DNA of 64,000 bases from Eledone cirrhosa (GCA_964016885.1 OZ024743.1:302932001-302996000); one strand, 5' to 3'; numbered from the stretch's first letter, positions 21,162 to 34,196 are shown. Made by a program: numbers and translations. Notes: a model not told the origin generated them from the sequence alone.

Positions 21162-21959
21162 GGGAAGAAGACACACGAGGTGGTAGAACGTCACGAAATT
21201 GCTCCCGTAAGTTTTCTGATTTTTAACATATTTAAATCAATTGTGAAAGAACAATTCTTAGCACAAATGTTGCATAAAGGCACTGAATGAGGTCCCATAA
21301 AGTTTCCGATCCATATTATATTGTTGTATCGCTCAAATATTCAATTTTGTATTATATATTTTGTATTCAAAAAAAGAAAATGGTTATAAATGGAACAAAA
21401 CACCCTCTGTCTACACTATATAGAACAGCGGCAATTTCAATTTCACCAACCCCAGAAACTTGATACACTACCATCACACCAGATAACGGCAATTTCACAG
21501 GCATCATAATAATAATTACTATTATGATTGTCTCAAATTTAAAAAAATGTTTAATTCAAATTTTACGGGAATATGTCAACACAAAATATAATGAAAATAT
21601 ATATTAAACATACGAACACAAACTCATAGATACTATATCAGTAACCACAACACCACCGCTGCCACCACCCCACCACATCCAACATCGCCGCCACCACTCA
21701 TTCAGTGCTACTGACACTATTCCCCTGTTAACTCGAGAGAGAAAAGGGAAGGTGGCGGTAGCACTAGACAAGAGAGAGGCTAGCAAAAGATATAAATAGA
21801 TTGACTTGGTGACCTTGCCACGGCCAAACGTCTACATCAACAATTATGGGACTGCTGGCTCACCCCTTCCTCACCAACAATATAAAAAGCCCCGGCACCA
21901 CCACCGACATAGCCAGCAGCAATAACAGCCAACTACAACAAAAAGTATATTATATTATT

Positions 21960-22010
21960 GTAATGCACTGGGTGATTGCTGGCCTTGTGCCTGAAGTGGA
22001 GATAATTATT
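21960..22010 (+). mobile_element. 3' SINE fragment inside the Dong-B leader
   Basis: gtaatgcactgggtgattgctggccttgtgcctgaagtggagataattatt matches the SINE 3' end. Confidence 0.65.
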
Positions 22011-22257
22011 AATAATTTCATTCTTAAGCCACGCAATGCTCACATTAAGGAACCACTCATGATAATAACAATTTAAAAAAAAACAACAAAAAGAAAACCC
22101 CGTGACCAAGAAATACCGGGATGGGGGCCGGCGGGGAATAGCCATGTCTCTAGGGGAGAACGACCCCTCTAGTCTTGGTTGACACGCGTTCTAGAAGTGG
22201 TAACACGAAATGATTACCCCTTGGCGGATAAGGATAAAACGCGACAAAATAAAGTAA

Positions 22258-25200
22258 ATGTATAATGATAAAATCTCATACCGGATCGGCCGTCACCCGG
22301 GTAAAAAAGTGCCGCGTCCCTCAGAGAGGAACCAGACTGGGGTCGAAAAATCAGCTAATGGTTCAAACCTTCCCATCACTTCGGAGCTGGAGACCTCCCT
22401 TAACCGGAATACTCCTACTGTTGGCCTTCCATGCTCACCACCAAGAAATCCAAAGAAAAAGAGAGAAAAATGGTCAAGGGAAGATAATAAAGAAGTCCTT
22501 GAGGCTTTCTACACTGCCATGTACTACCCATCAAATACATCGAATACAGAACAAACATATATCAACTGGAAAAAGGAACATCCCGAAAACAGAGGCTATA
22601 TTGACAGTAACAAACTAGCCAATATACGAAGAAATATTGTAAGAAAAAAGTTACTAAGTGATATAGAAATTGATCAGATCAAGCTAGTAGCACAAAGTCA
22701 GGGAAGGGAAAATGAAGCATGTGTCAGTGAAAACGAGGTAAACTGTAACACTTCGAATCCCAGGGTTGGGGCGGAATCACTGGCAACAGAACAAATTAAA
22801 GAAAGGAGCGAAAAAGTGGAGGGAGTGCATGCTCAGGATGAAACTCCAAATGAAAATAATGAGATCGTAAATGTTAAAGAAATGAATGAGAATGAACTTG
22901 CCAACTTGAAGGATGAAATTATGATCAAATGGATGAAAATGGAAGAATCTGACATGGGGCAACGAGACACCCTCCCTAAGATCCAGAACTCCAAACAGAA
23001 CCAAAAGATAATACACAAGACTAACATAATTCTCAAAAACATTATCATCACAAACAAACTAAACATTACTGATTTAAATCATCTCTATTATGCATCGGCT
23101 AAAGTCACCACTCACTTATGTGGAGTGAAGATGAAAAAACAAAGGAATTCCCACAAGAAATCTACTTGGCAAGATAACATCAATCGCCAAATAAACCTTC
23201 TCCGATCTGACATAGACATTTTAACAAACTATAAAGTAGGTGAACATGTTAAACAAACTAAACTTAGAAAATTGAAAAAAAAGTACAGTATAAGATCAAC
23301 ATGTGACATAGACATGCTGATAGAAACAATCAAGCAAAAAGTGTCGGCCAAAGCTGCTCGTATAAGGCGCTTTGAAAAACGATCTAGATTCTATAAGGAC
23401 AATAATATGTTCAAAAACAACCAAAGAAACTTCTACAGAAAAATTGGTAAGTCAACAATAACTGCTAAATCAATACCACCCAAGGAGGAAGTGCAAGAAT
23501 TCTGGGAAAAGATCTGGGCCGAAGAAAAAGTTCATAACATACATGCCTCATGGATAGACAGACAAATGAAAGAAACAGCTCACCTTGAAGAACAAACATG
23601 GGAAAATATAACAGTTGAACAGCTGCGCTTGGCTCTAAGTAAAACCAGCAAATGGAAATCCCCAGGAAAAGACAAAATACAAAACATTTGGATAAATGCC
23701 TTCACAGAGTCTCATGATCTGTTAGTCAAACTTTACAATGAAATAGTTAAGGAGCCAGATAAGATACCATCATGGCTAGTTAACGGCATTACATTCCTGC
23801 TACCGAAGAATGATGAGACAAACAATCCCAAAAATTACAGACCGATAACCTGCTTGACGACTATGTATAACATTTTAACATCAGTCCTAACTGAATACAC
23901 ATATGACCACCTGATAACAAATGACCTATTTCCCATTGAGCAGAAAGGGTGTAAACGAGGCTCATATGGCTGTAAGGATCAGCTTCTGGTTAACAAAATG
24001 ATACTGGAAGATTGTCATAAAAGACACAAAAATCTATCGATTGCTTGGATAGATTATAAAAAAGCATTCGATAGTTTGCCACAAAGTTGGATTGAAAAAT
24101 GTTTAGAGATTTTCAAAATATCCCCCCTTGTCAGGAGGTTTTTGTCATTCAGTATGAGGACATGGAGAACGACACTCCTTTTGAATAGTGAAACAAAATC
24201 ACTGGAAGCTGGAGAAGTTAACATTAATTGTGGAATTTTTACGGGTGACTCTTTATCACCGCTTTTATTCTGCATCGCACTTATACCATTAAGTAAAATG
24301 CTCAATGAAACAAAACATGGATATAGAGTCTATGACAAAACCATTAATCACCTGTTCTACATGGATGACCTGAAACTATTTGCAAAAAATGATGAACAAT
24401 TGCAAGGGCTATTATCCACTGTGAAGCAGTTCAGTGATGACATGAAAATGGAGTTTGGACTGGATACATGCGCCAAAGCAACGTTCACCAGAGGAAAGCT
24501 GCTGAAGAGTTCAGACATTAATCTTGATCGGGGGAACGTGATAAGAGAGCTTGATCAAGAAAAAACTTACAAATATCTAGGTGTTTGTGAAGGAGACGGA
24601 ATCAAGCACTCGACAATGAGGGAAAGGATAAGGAAGGAATGTTACCGCAGAGTCAGAGCAATCTTAAGGACGGAATTGAATGCAAGGAATAGGATCGATG
24701 CCATAAACACGCTTGCCATACCAGTAGTAACCTACAGTTACAATGTCATCAACTGGTCAAGCACAGAGATCCGTAGGCACGATACAAAAATCCGAAAATT
24801 CTTAACCATGCACAGAATGCATCACCATAAGGCAGACCAAGATAGAATATATCTCCCTAGGATAGAAGGAGGACGTGGGTTAATCCAGTTAGACATTGCG
24901 TTGAAAACTGCAACAATTGGATTATCCACATATCTAAGGGAATCACATGATTGGATGATCAAACTCGTTTTGAAACACGAAAGCACCAACAGATCATATT
25001 CCATACAGAAGATGCACAAAGATACAGTAATGGACTACAAGTTTCAGAAGTCCCATTTACTGCTGAAATGGAAAACACAGAAAAAGCAAAGCAGGTAAAA
25101 GTAACTGCAAAGAAAGAACTGCTACAGAAACTGGCTAAGAAATGGCAAGAAAAGCCTCTGTATGGAAAATACCCAGAGCGAGCTAACAATCCTGATGTTG

Positions 25201-25907
25201 ACAAAACTTTACCCCATCAGTGGTTGGCATCCTCTGGACTGAAATCGGAGACTGAAGGACTGATTATATCGGCACAAGATCAGTGTCTGCCAACAAAAAA
25301 TTACCAAGCCAACATAATAAAAAATGGGTGCAGCCCATTATGCCGTGTATGCAAAAAACAACCAGAGACCATTGACCATATAATTTCAATGTGCAGTCCT
25401 ATAGCTCCAACCGAATACCTAAACAGGCATGACAGAGCTGCACAATACATACATTGGATAATGTGTAAGCATTTTGACCTGCCCCATCAAAAGAATTGGT
25501 GGGAGCATCAACCACCTCCTATACTTGAAAAAGATCACATCTCAATCTTGTGGAACTTTAGCATCCAAACAGACCGAAAAATAGATGCAAATAGACCTGA
25601 TATATTATTGAAGGACTTTCAAAGGAGGGTATGCCTGCTAATTGATATGTCTGTTCCAATAGACAAGAATGTATCTATAAAAACATTTGAAAAATTGAGC
25701 AAGTATAAGGACCTGGAGATAGAAATTGGAAAAATGTTGAAATTGAGAACTAAAACAATACCAGTGGTTGTAGGCGCTCTGGGAATGATACCTAAGGGGT
25801 CTAACGACTACTTATCGCAAATCCCAGGAAACCCGCGTATAGGAGAAATACAAAAGATAGTACTAATGGGAACTGCCCATATACTAAGGAAGATCCTGTC
25901 AATATAA
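22258..25907 (+). pseudogene. Dong-B ORF with one frameshift near 25005-25012
   Basis: ORF 22258-25098 (WKSPGKD, YRPITCL, YMDD) overlaps ORF 24951-25907 (CRVC..HIISMC, RHD, RPDILL..IDMSVP..K..KY). Confidence 0.88.
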
Positions 25908-26046
25908 GTACATCACAAGTCTAAACACTAAGGATGCATGTGTGAATATGTATGTTCTTTCTTGAACATGGCGGACCTTGTTGTCTCTTGATGTCACTGG
26001 TTGTGACTTGGTGATAACTCGTATAAACATAAAGCAAGATAAATGC

Positions 26047-26047
26047 A

Positions 26048-26113
<66 letters not shown>
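26047..26113. repeat. (TAA)n
   Basis: Seen directly. Confidence 0.95.
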
Positions 26114-28125
26114 CTGTCCGTAATGTGGAAACTGTTGACGAGCATTGTGTCTGAGGAAATCTGCCATCACCTCCACACAAACAACTTGTTACCGGACGAA
26201 CAGAAAGGATGCCGAAAGAAGTCACGTGGTATAAAGGACCAGTTGCTTATTGATAAGATGGTAATGGGGAATTGCAGGAGGAGACACACTGATCTTGCCA
26301 TGGGATGGATAGACTACAGAAAGGCATTTGACATGGTGCCTCATTCCTGGATCACCAAAAGCCTGGAGATCTTTAGGGTGGCGGATAACATCAGACAGTT
26401 GCTAGGCAGGAGTATGGGGTCCTGGGAGACAGAGTTGACATCAACTGGAGTATCCTTGGGAAGCGTGAAGATCAAGAGAGGTATCTTCCAGGGAGATAGC
26501 CTGTCCCCTCTGTTGTTTGTCCTTGCCCTGATGCCCTTGACCATTATGTTGCGAAAAGTGAGAGCAGGATACAAGTTGGGAAGGGGAGAGCTTACCATCA
26601 ATCACCTCCTCTTCATGGACGATCTTAAGCTCTTCGGGAAAAGTGAGAAGGAGTTGGATGTGCTTGTTGACACTGTCCGTATTTTCAGCAGTGATATATG
26701 TATGCAGTTTGGTATTGGTAAATGTGGAGTCATTGTGATGAAGAGGGGTATGTTGAGCAGAAGTAACGGGATCCAGATACCAACAGGTGAGATGATAAAG
26801 GAAATTGACTCTGAGGAAGGATACAAGTATTTGGGCGTTCTGGAGGCTGATGGCATAAAGAACAAAAAAATGAAGGAATTGTTAAGAACTGAATACATTC
26901 GGAGAGTAAGGAGCGTATTGAAGTCACATCTGAACAGGAGAAATGCCATAAGCGCAGTAAATTCCCGAGCTGTGTCTATTATTAGGAACAGTGCGGGAAT
27001 TCTGAGATGGAATGTTGCTGAACAAAAAGAAATGGATAGGAAGACTAGGAAGCTATAGACTATCTACAACATGTTCCACAAGAGGAGTGATGTCGATAGA
27101 CTCTACCTAAGGAGATCTGACGGTGGAAGAGGTCTTATCAGCATAGAGGACTGTGTTCAGATGGAGAAAAACAACCTATACAAATACGTGACCTATAGTA
27201 AGGAGCCAATGCTCAGAACTGTACTGAAGGAGGGGACAGTAGGCCAAGGGATGTCCAAGGAGGAAATAACATCAAGGAGGAAGAGCAGCCTTAAGGGAAA
27301 ATCCCTTCATAGTACCTTCTTTGAGAAAACTGAATTTAGAGATCCACAGACATGGAACTGGTTGAGAAGAGGAGACCTCAAAAAGGCTACAGAAGGAATG
27401 CTAATGGCTGCGCAGGAGCAGGCCCTCAAAACGAAGTGGTTGAAGCACCATATCTACAAGGAAGAGGCTAGCCCACTGTGCAGGATCTGTGGAGAGAGAG
27501 AGGAGACTGTGGCTCACATTGTGTCCGAGTGTAAACACCTAGCCCAGACCCACTATAAGGGCTGGAGACACGAAGTGATGGGCAGGGTGATCCACTGGCA
27601 CCTGTGCAAAGTAAACAATTTACCACATTCTGAGAAATGGTATGAGCATAGGCCAGAGGGGGTGATGGAGAACAATCAGGTGAAGGTGCTGTGGGATTTT
27701 AGGATACAGACGGACAAAAAACTGGAACACAATAGACCTGACCTGGTGGTTGTGGACAAAGAAAAAAGATCGTGCCTGATAGTGGATGTGGCCTGCCCGT
27801 TCGACACGAGAGTGCAAGAGAAGGCGAGGGAGAAAATTAACCGATACCAGGACCTAAAGTGGGAGGTGAAAAGGATTTGGAACTGCCATGAAGTCAAAGT
27901 GATCCCGATTGTCATAGGCGCACTGGGGACTATCTCCAAAAGTTTCCAGGGATGGTTAAAGAAAATCGGCCTCTTCACGCTTTTTGGAACGCTTCAAAAG
28001 GCATGCTTACTTGGAACAGCAAGAACCCTCCGATACGTCCTGAATATCTGAGGCTGCAGGTAGTGGCTTGATATTCAATCCAACGGACTTTCCAGTTAAC
28101 CAACATCAATGACTGAGATTCAAGG
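26114..28125 (+). mobile_element. 5'-truncated Dong-A copy 3 (nonsense TAG at 27056-27058)
   Basis: Starts inside RT (ctgtccgtaatgtgg); near-identical to copies 1 and 2; same 3' end. Confidence 0.93.
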
Positions 28126-28137
28126 AATAACAACAAC

Positions 28138-28196
<59 letters not shown>

Positions 28197-28209
28197 GAAG
28201 AAGAAGAAG
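28126..28209. repeat. (TAA)n grading into (GAA)n, right edge of the array
   Basis: Seen directly. Confidence 0.95.
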
Positions 28210-28211
28210 GA

Positions 28212-29470
28212 ATATGAAGTCACTTTCAGCTTATATCTGGAATCTAAAAGACAACCACACCCAATATAAGTTACACTGGGAGATCCTAGCTAGGGCTAGA
28301 TCGTATAACAGAAATAAGACCATTATGATCTCTGCGCCGCTGAGGCCCTGAAAATACTCGACGGCACAGACCACATCTTAAACAAAAAATCTGAGGCAAT
28401 TTCGGCTAGTAAACATGAACTGCACAAAACTTTCCTGTAGTACAGCCCCACGTTATACCCTAACGGCTAGTACGATCTATACGTGGATATTTTACGTCTT
28501 GATATGGTAGCTAAGTATATGTTTTGTTTATACCATTACTTATTGCATAGGTAAGTATATATTACCTGTATATTTTGTGAAGGTACGTATACTTTCTCGT
28601 ACGTATAGTTGATTGTATATGTTATGACGTATAATTTCATTATATATTCTGGTACATATGGTTTGTTTGTGTGTATACGGGAGTTTTGCGTCTGTGTGAG
28701 TATGCAGGTTCGTACGTATGTAGGGTGTGTGTATTTGTGTACTTCATGTTTTGGGTGACTTACGTCTCCGAACATGTGTGTATTTACATGTAGGTATCTG
28801 TGTTCGCTGGTTATATACGTATTTATTTATTTATATACGTTTATTTAATTATTTATTTATGTGTATACACGCACACACACACACATTTATATGTGCGTCG
28901 TTTTGTATACCTGTGGCAAGTGTTTTCCCGTATGCCTGTGTATGTACGTATTTGCATGCGTGTATGTATTTTAATTTCTATTAACTCTGTATTGTATTTT
29001 ATTTAATTTATTCTTAACTCTGAAGCGGAGATTCATTCGGTTTCCTAGTTAGAATTTTAGTCTACGACTTCAGCTATACCATTTACGTGGTTTTGTCTTT
29101 GCGTGCAATTGTTCTCTACGCTCCACATATGACGTATTTTCTTCGTTTTTTCCGTTCATTGCCAGAGAACGTCTCTATGAACTACCTAAGAGAATATTAG
29201 TCTACGACTTCTTTTATACCATAAACGTGGTTCTGTCTTTGCGCGTAATTGTTTTTCACCACTCCTATTAATGACGTATTATATTCGTTTTTTTCCCTTC
29301 ATTGCCAGGTAACGTTTCCACGAACCAAAGTATCGTCGTCCTGTGCACCTCCGGTTGCAACCTTTTATGAAATATCCACTTTTGCGTTTACAGATTGACT
29401 TTGTTAGTTTCAGAAGATCCAGTTAAGGGTGAAAGCAGCGATTCTTTGCTTAAACTTTAATCTGTTATTT
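28212..29470 (+). mobile_element. 3' fragment of a PLE (GIY-YIG C-terminus + 3' repeat)
   Basis: SLSAYIWNLKDNHTQYKLHWEILARARSYN; 28890-29460 colinear with 60170-60720, including two ~140-bp subrepeats. Confidence 0.75.
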
Positions 29471-29472
29471 TA

Positions 29473-29547
<75 letters not shown>

Positions 29548-29946
29548 CAGTGTGATTCATATATATCCGGATGTTTAACTGACAATAGTACCGAATTTCA
29601 CAGCGTTTCGAGAGCACTCCTTTGATGAACAGGGTGGTTAATGAGAGACCCTGCGTCTTTCAATATGTCTCCGCCGCGCGGAGGCGGCCAGGCTTTCGCC
29701 AGCGTCTCGTACCAAAGGTCGACCGATATAGGCCCCCTCTCTCATTGCAAGGTTGTATTCCTATCAGGTAGATTGTGCGTAGCGTGGGGCAGAGTGTGGT
29801 TAAATGCAGGCTTTGCAACACCAAGGAGCTTCTCTAGACAGTCATTAGGAAGACCAAGGCCAACATTGGCAGGGAAGCACTCGCCAAGGCCTGCTCCAGC
29901 TTCCGGTCTCCCACCTGAAGATATTTTCCCGGATTTATCTGCGAGC

Positions 29947-29947
<1 letters not shown>

Positions 29948-30019
<72 letters not shown>

Positions 30020-30020
30020 A

Positions 30021-30052
<32 letters not shown>

Positions 30053-30204
30053 TCCATCTCTCTCCCTCTCTTTCTCTCACATTGTTTCCCTCTCTCTCTT
30101 TATATATATATATATATATACTCACACGCACAGACACACACACATACACACATACACACACACGAACAAACAAACACGCACACACATACACACACACACA
30201 CACT

Positions 30205-30248
<44 letters not shown>

Positions 30249-30260
30249 ATATATATATAT
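29948..30260. repeat. Compound (CT)n/(TA)n/(CA)n microsatellite
   Basis: Seen directly. Confidence 0.95.
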
Positions 30261-30354
30261 GTAGAAGTTATATTTAATTTGTTGGGATTCCAACAAACTT
30301 AAAAGTTTATAACTGATATAAGGCACTCAAGAAATTACTGGCGTAAATATTCAA

Positions 30355-33300
30355 TATATTAATAAATGGAAACAATATTTATAAAACTATAATTATTTTA
30401 TTATATATATTTCAATGGTGACCAAGCCACTCTTGGTGCGCTTTCATTAGATAAAATACAAAATTTGTTTCATAAATAGTGACATAACCATGGAAAACAA
30501 CATTGACGGTTGAAAATTCGCTGGATAGTGAACATTTATTAAGGGTAATTCAAATTTAAGTGTGAATATGCAAAGAATGTCCGAAAAATTGAAAAAACAA
30601 CTGTTTATTCAAATTACGATGTGGGAAGAAGAGAGAGAAAAGTAAAATATTAGTATATGTAGAAATAGAGTGAAGAAATAGAGTAAAGAAAGAGCGAAGA
30701 AAGAAGCTTATTCGAGGATGAGCTCATATAACGTAAATAAGTCTTACATATTTATGTTACGTATATTTACTAATAAGTGTTAGAATTATATTATAATACA
30801 TATTTATTTACTATTATATGTATATAGAAAATTAGATATTTAGAAAAAATAAAGATCTATTAAAATATATTAAAATATTTTAAAATATATTAAAATTTAT
30901 TAAAACATAGATTTAAAATAAATAGATATAAGTAGAAGCATAGGATCAAATATAGATAAAAGGATAGATATAAGGATATATATATGAGTAGATAGATGGG
31001 CATATCATGTTATAGATGATAAATTATGAGGGATACTAGTTATAAAATTAATACATCGACAACAATAATAAGGCAATTAACCATAATATTAATTATAATT
31101 ATAATAAGAAACCTAGCATAAACTCTAAAACTAACAGAAGAAATAGAACTAGAAACATACTCTGGTATGCTTCTCCATGTTCACTAAGTATTAAAACACC
31201 TTTAGCTAAACTATTTTTTAAAGCTCTTGATACATGTTTTCCCAAGGCCCATAGGTATTAATGAATCTTAAACAGACATACAGGGAAACTATCTTAATCT
31301 ACTACTATGAACCTATCATAAAATATAAATAGAATCAATAATATAAATCTAAACCTTAACCAGAATAGCACTAATACCTCTTTCAATATCCAATATAATA
31401 ATACGCTTCCGAATAATATAATCTCTGATAAATATAATTGTAGAATTACATCTAACTTTAAAGAATAACTGTTTAGTTAAAAATGTGATCTGTAAATGCA
31501 ATCTCAAAACCAATGATAATATTTTTAACTATGTTGGCTCAACAGCTACATACTTTAAATCTCGTTTCTATAACCATAGATGTTCGTTTAATAATATTGG
31601 TAAAACATTTTCAACTTCCCTATCCAACTTGATATGGAACTTAAAATCAAAAAATAGAGACTATTCTTTAACTTGGAATGCAATTTCATAATCACCCGCT
31701 CACGAAACAGAGCTTTATCTAAATTTTGCAAATTGTGTGTTGAATGTAAGAACTCCATTAATATACGTCACAATTTATTTAGTTCTTGTAAACATCGCCA
31801 AAACTCATCTTTTAGATCTATATATAAAATATAATTACACGTTTAATTTTTTCTACATAATGTTTGCTTTATCGAAACACCTATAATTTCATTTCTTAAA
31901 TTATATGCATATATGTTCATAAATTTTTAATCTTTAAATTTAAATTTAATGTAATTCTAATTTTAATATCTTTTACTTATTAAATATATATAATTTACTT
32001 CCTAAATCTATAGTTTAAAATATTTTTACTTCTAAAATATGTTTATTGTTTATCTTTATTTTATCTTACTTCCAAAATATCTCATAATCTTTTTAGAAAA
32101 TTACTTAAATTAAAAAAAAAAAATTTCTTATTTCCCAAAAAACTATTTTTTAAGGATTATTTGGTTTATCTTAATATTTTTTATATATTTTTTAGTATTT
32201 TTCTATTATTTTTAAGTATTTTTAAGTATTTTTAAATATTTCTAAATATTATTTCTTTATATTTTCTAAATGATTTTAGGCTTTTAATTATATTTTCTGA
32301 ATAATTTTAGGTTTTTAATTAATTTTAAACACTTTTAAAATGTTTTTTAAAAGGTTTTTGAGTATCTTCGGAGATGTTTTAGATCTTTTAAAAATCTCTT
32401 TGAAAGTTTTTCCAGGAATTTCAAAAATTTTGTCTAGAATTTTTAATGTTTTATAATCTTAATTTGTCAATGGTTTTAATTTTTTCTTATACTTTTAATA
32501 ATTTTTAATTTTTTAATTTTTTAATTATTTAATATTAGAGTTATAACCAATAAATAACTCTGACTAAATATATCTTTAAACATATCTTTGTCAAAATTAT
32601 CTCATAATAACTAAAAAATAAAGAAAACTGGGATTGTCAATATTTTTCCAATGTAAAACATTAAAAACATATAAGTAATCATATTAACTCAGTTAATTTA
32701 ATTTAATTTAATTTAAATACTTACACTAAATATAAACCAGTATCCCTCCTAATTTATCATCTATAACATGATATACCGATCTATCTACTCATATAGCTAT
32801 CCTTATATCTATATTTTATCTTATGATTTTACTTTATAGCTATTTATTTTAAATCTATTTCTTATTATATTTTAATATATTTTAATATATCTTTATTTTG
32901 TTTATATATCTAATTTTCTATATACTTATAATAGTAAATAAATATTTATTATAATATAATTCTAACAATTATTAGTAAATATACGTAACATAAATATGTA
33001 ACATAAACATAATACTTATTTACGTTATATGAGCTCATCCTCGAATAAGCTTCTTTCTTCGCTCTTTCTAAACTCTATTTCTCCAGTCTATTTCTACATA
33101 TACTAATATTTTACTTTTTTCTCTCTTCTTCCCACAGCGTAATTTAAATAAACGGTTGTTTTTTCTCAATTTTTCGGGCATTCATTTGCATATTCACATA
33201 TAACTTTGAATTACCCCTAAAACCGTCAAGGTTGTTTTCCATGGTTATGTAACTATTTATGAAACACATTTTGTATTTTATCTGATGAAAGGGCACCAAG

Positions 33301-33365
33301 TTTGTCTTGGTCGCCCTTGAAATATGTATAATAAAATAAATATAGTTTACATTTATTAATATTTT
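30355..33365 (+). mobile_element. Decayed AT-rich PLE with ~650-bp inverted terminal repeats
   Basis: 30355-31043 is the reverse complement of 32733-33365; internal RNILWYASP..KALDTCFP and NYVGST..FKSRFYNHRCSF..LSNLIWNLK remnants at 31140-31810. Confidence 0.8.
33274..33338 (+). ncRNA. Minimal type I hammerhead ribozyme motif
   Basis: tattttat CTGATGA aagggc-accaag tttgt cttggt-c-gccctt GAAA tatgta TA ataaaata: 8-bp helix I, 12-bp helix II, short near-palindromic helix III. Confidence 0.8.
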
Positions 33366-33366
33366 G

Positions 33367-33399
<33 letters not shown>

Positions 33400-33430
33400 T
33401 TAATGTATAATAAACAATACAAAATAATTA

Positions 33431-34070
33431 CCTCATTACCAGAGGTTTCCCGAATAAGACGAATACGAAAAACGTCATCATTCGTTCATCGGACAAGGCA
33501 ATTTAAAACATAGTGAAATATTTTTAAAATGTCCTCAAGAAAGGCAAGAGTTTAACGGGCAAAACAATATATATATATAAAAGAAATGCAAGAGATATAT
33601 AAAAAATAAGGAAATATAGTTAGGGTATGTGTATATGTATGTATATTCACTCACAAATGTACATATGTGTGTATGTACAAATGCATGTGGATGGTGAAAA
33701 TGTGTGCGTAAGTACATATATGAGTGCAAGTATATTTGTGTATGTGTGACCATAAATACGTATATAATTTGAGTTGAAAAAGAAATTGTAAGATAATATA
33801 GTTAACATACATCGAGATACATGTATTAAATATATACAGATACGAGTATGAAAGCACGCGTATAAACACACACACACGCGCGATCACTTATATGGGAAAG
33901 ATAAAGAGGGAAGGGAGTGTAATAGTAAAAATAAGTGTCATTATCGATATATGTATAAAAATGAAACAATATATGAGAATGAAAAAAATGTTTTAAATCA
34001 AAGAGAAAGTAAGATGGAGGGGTTATCAATTAACACTAGAAAAAAAGAAAACAAACATAGGTACGCACGT

Positions 34071-34164
<94 letters not shown>

Positions 34165-34196
34165 CCACATGTATATCTAATCACACGTACGTACGC

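Larger units (their letters stand above)
21162..26046 (+). mobile_element. Divergent R4/Dong-clade element (family B); 5' boundary assumes the leader belongs to it
   Basis: Dong-A-like leader, RT-CCHC-RLE ORF, distinct 3' UTR followed by (TAA)n. Confidence 0.8.

Noticed and set aside
21098-21194. Signal-peptide-like poly-Leu start of the 614-aa ORF
   Set aside because: (TTA)n read in frame into a truncated RT; chance fusion
24990-25030. Programmed frameshift in Dong-B
   Set aside because: No slippery heptamer; Dong-A is continuous here; likely a 1-nt deletion or sequencing error
3712-28196. CRISPR-like or telomeric array
   Set aside because: Repeats are variable-length microsatellites, the spacers are retrotransposons, and ordinary sequence continues on both sides
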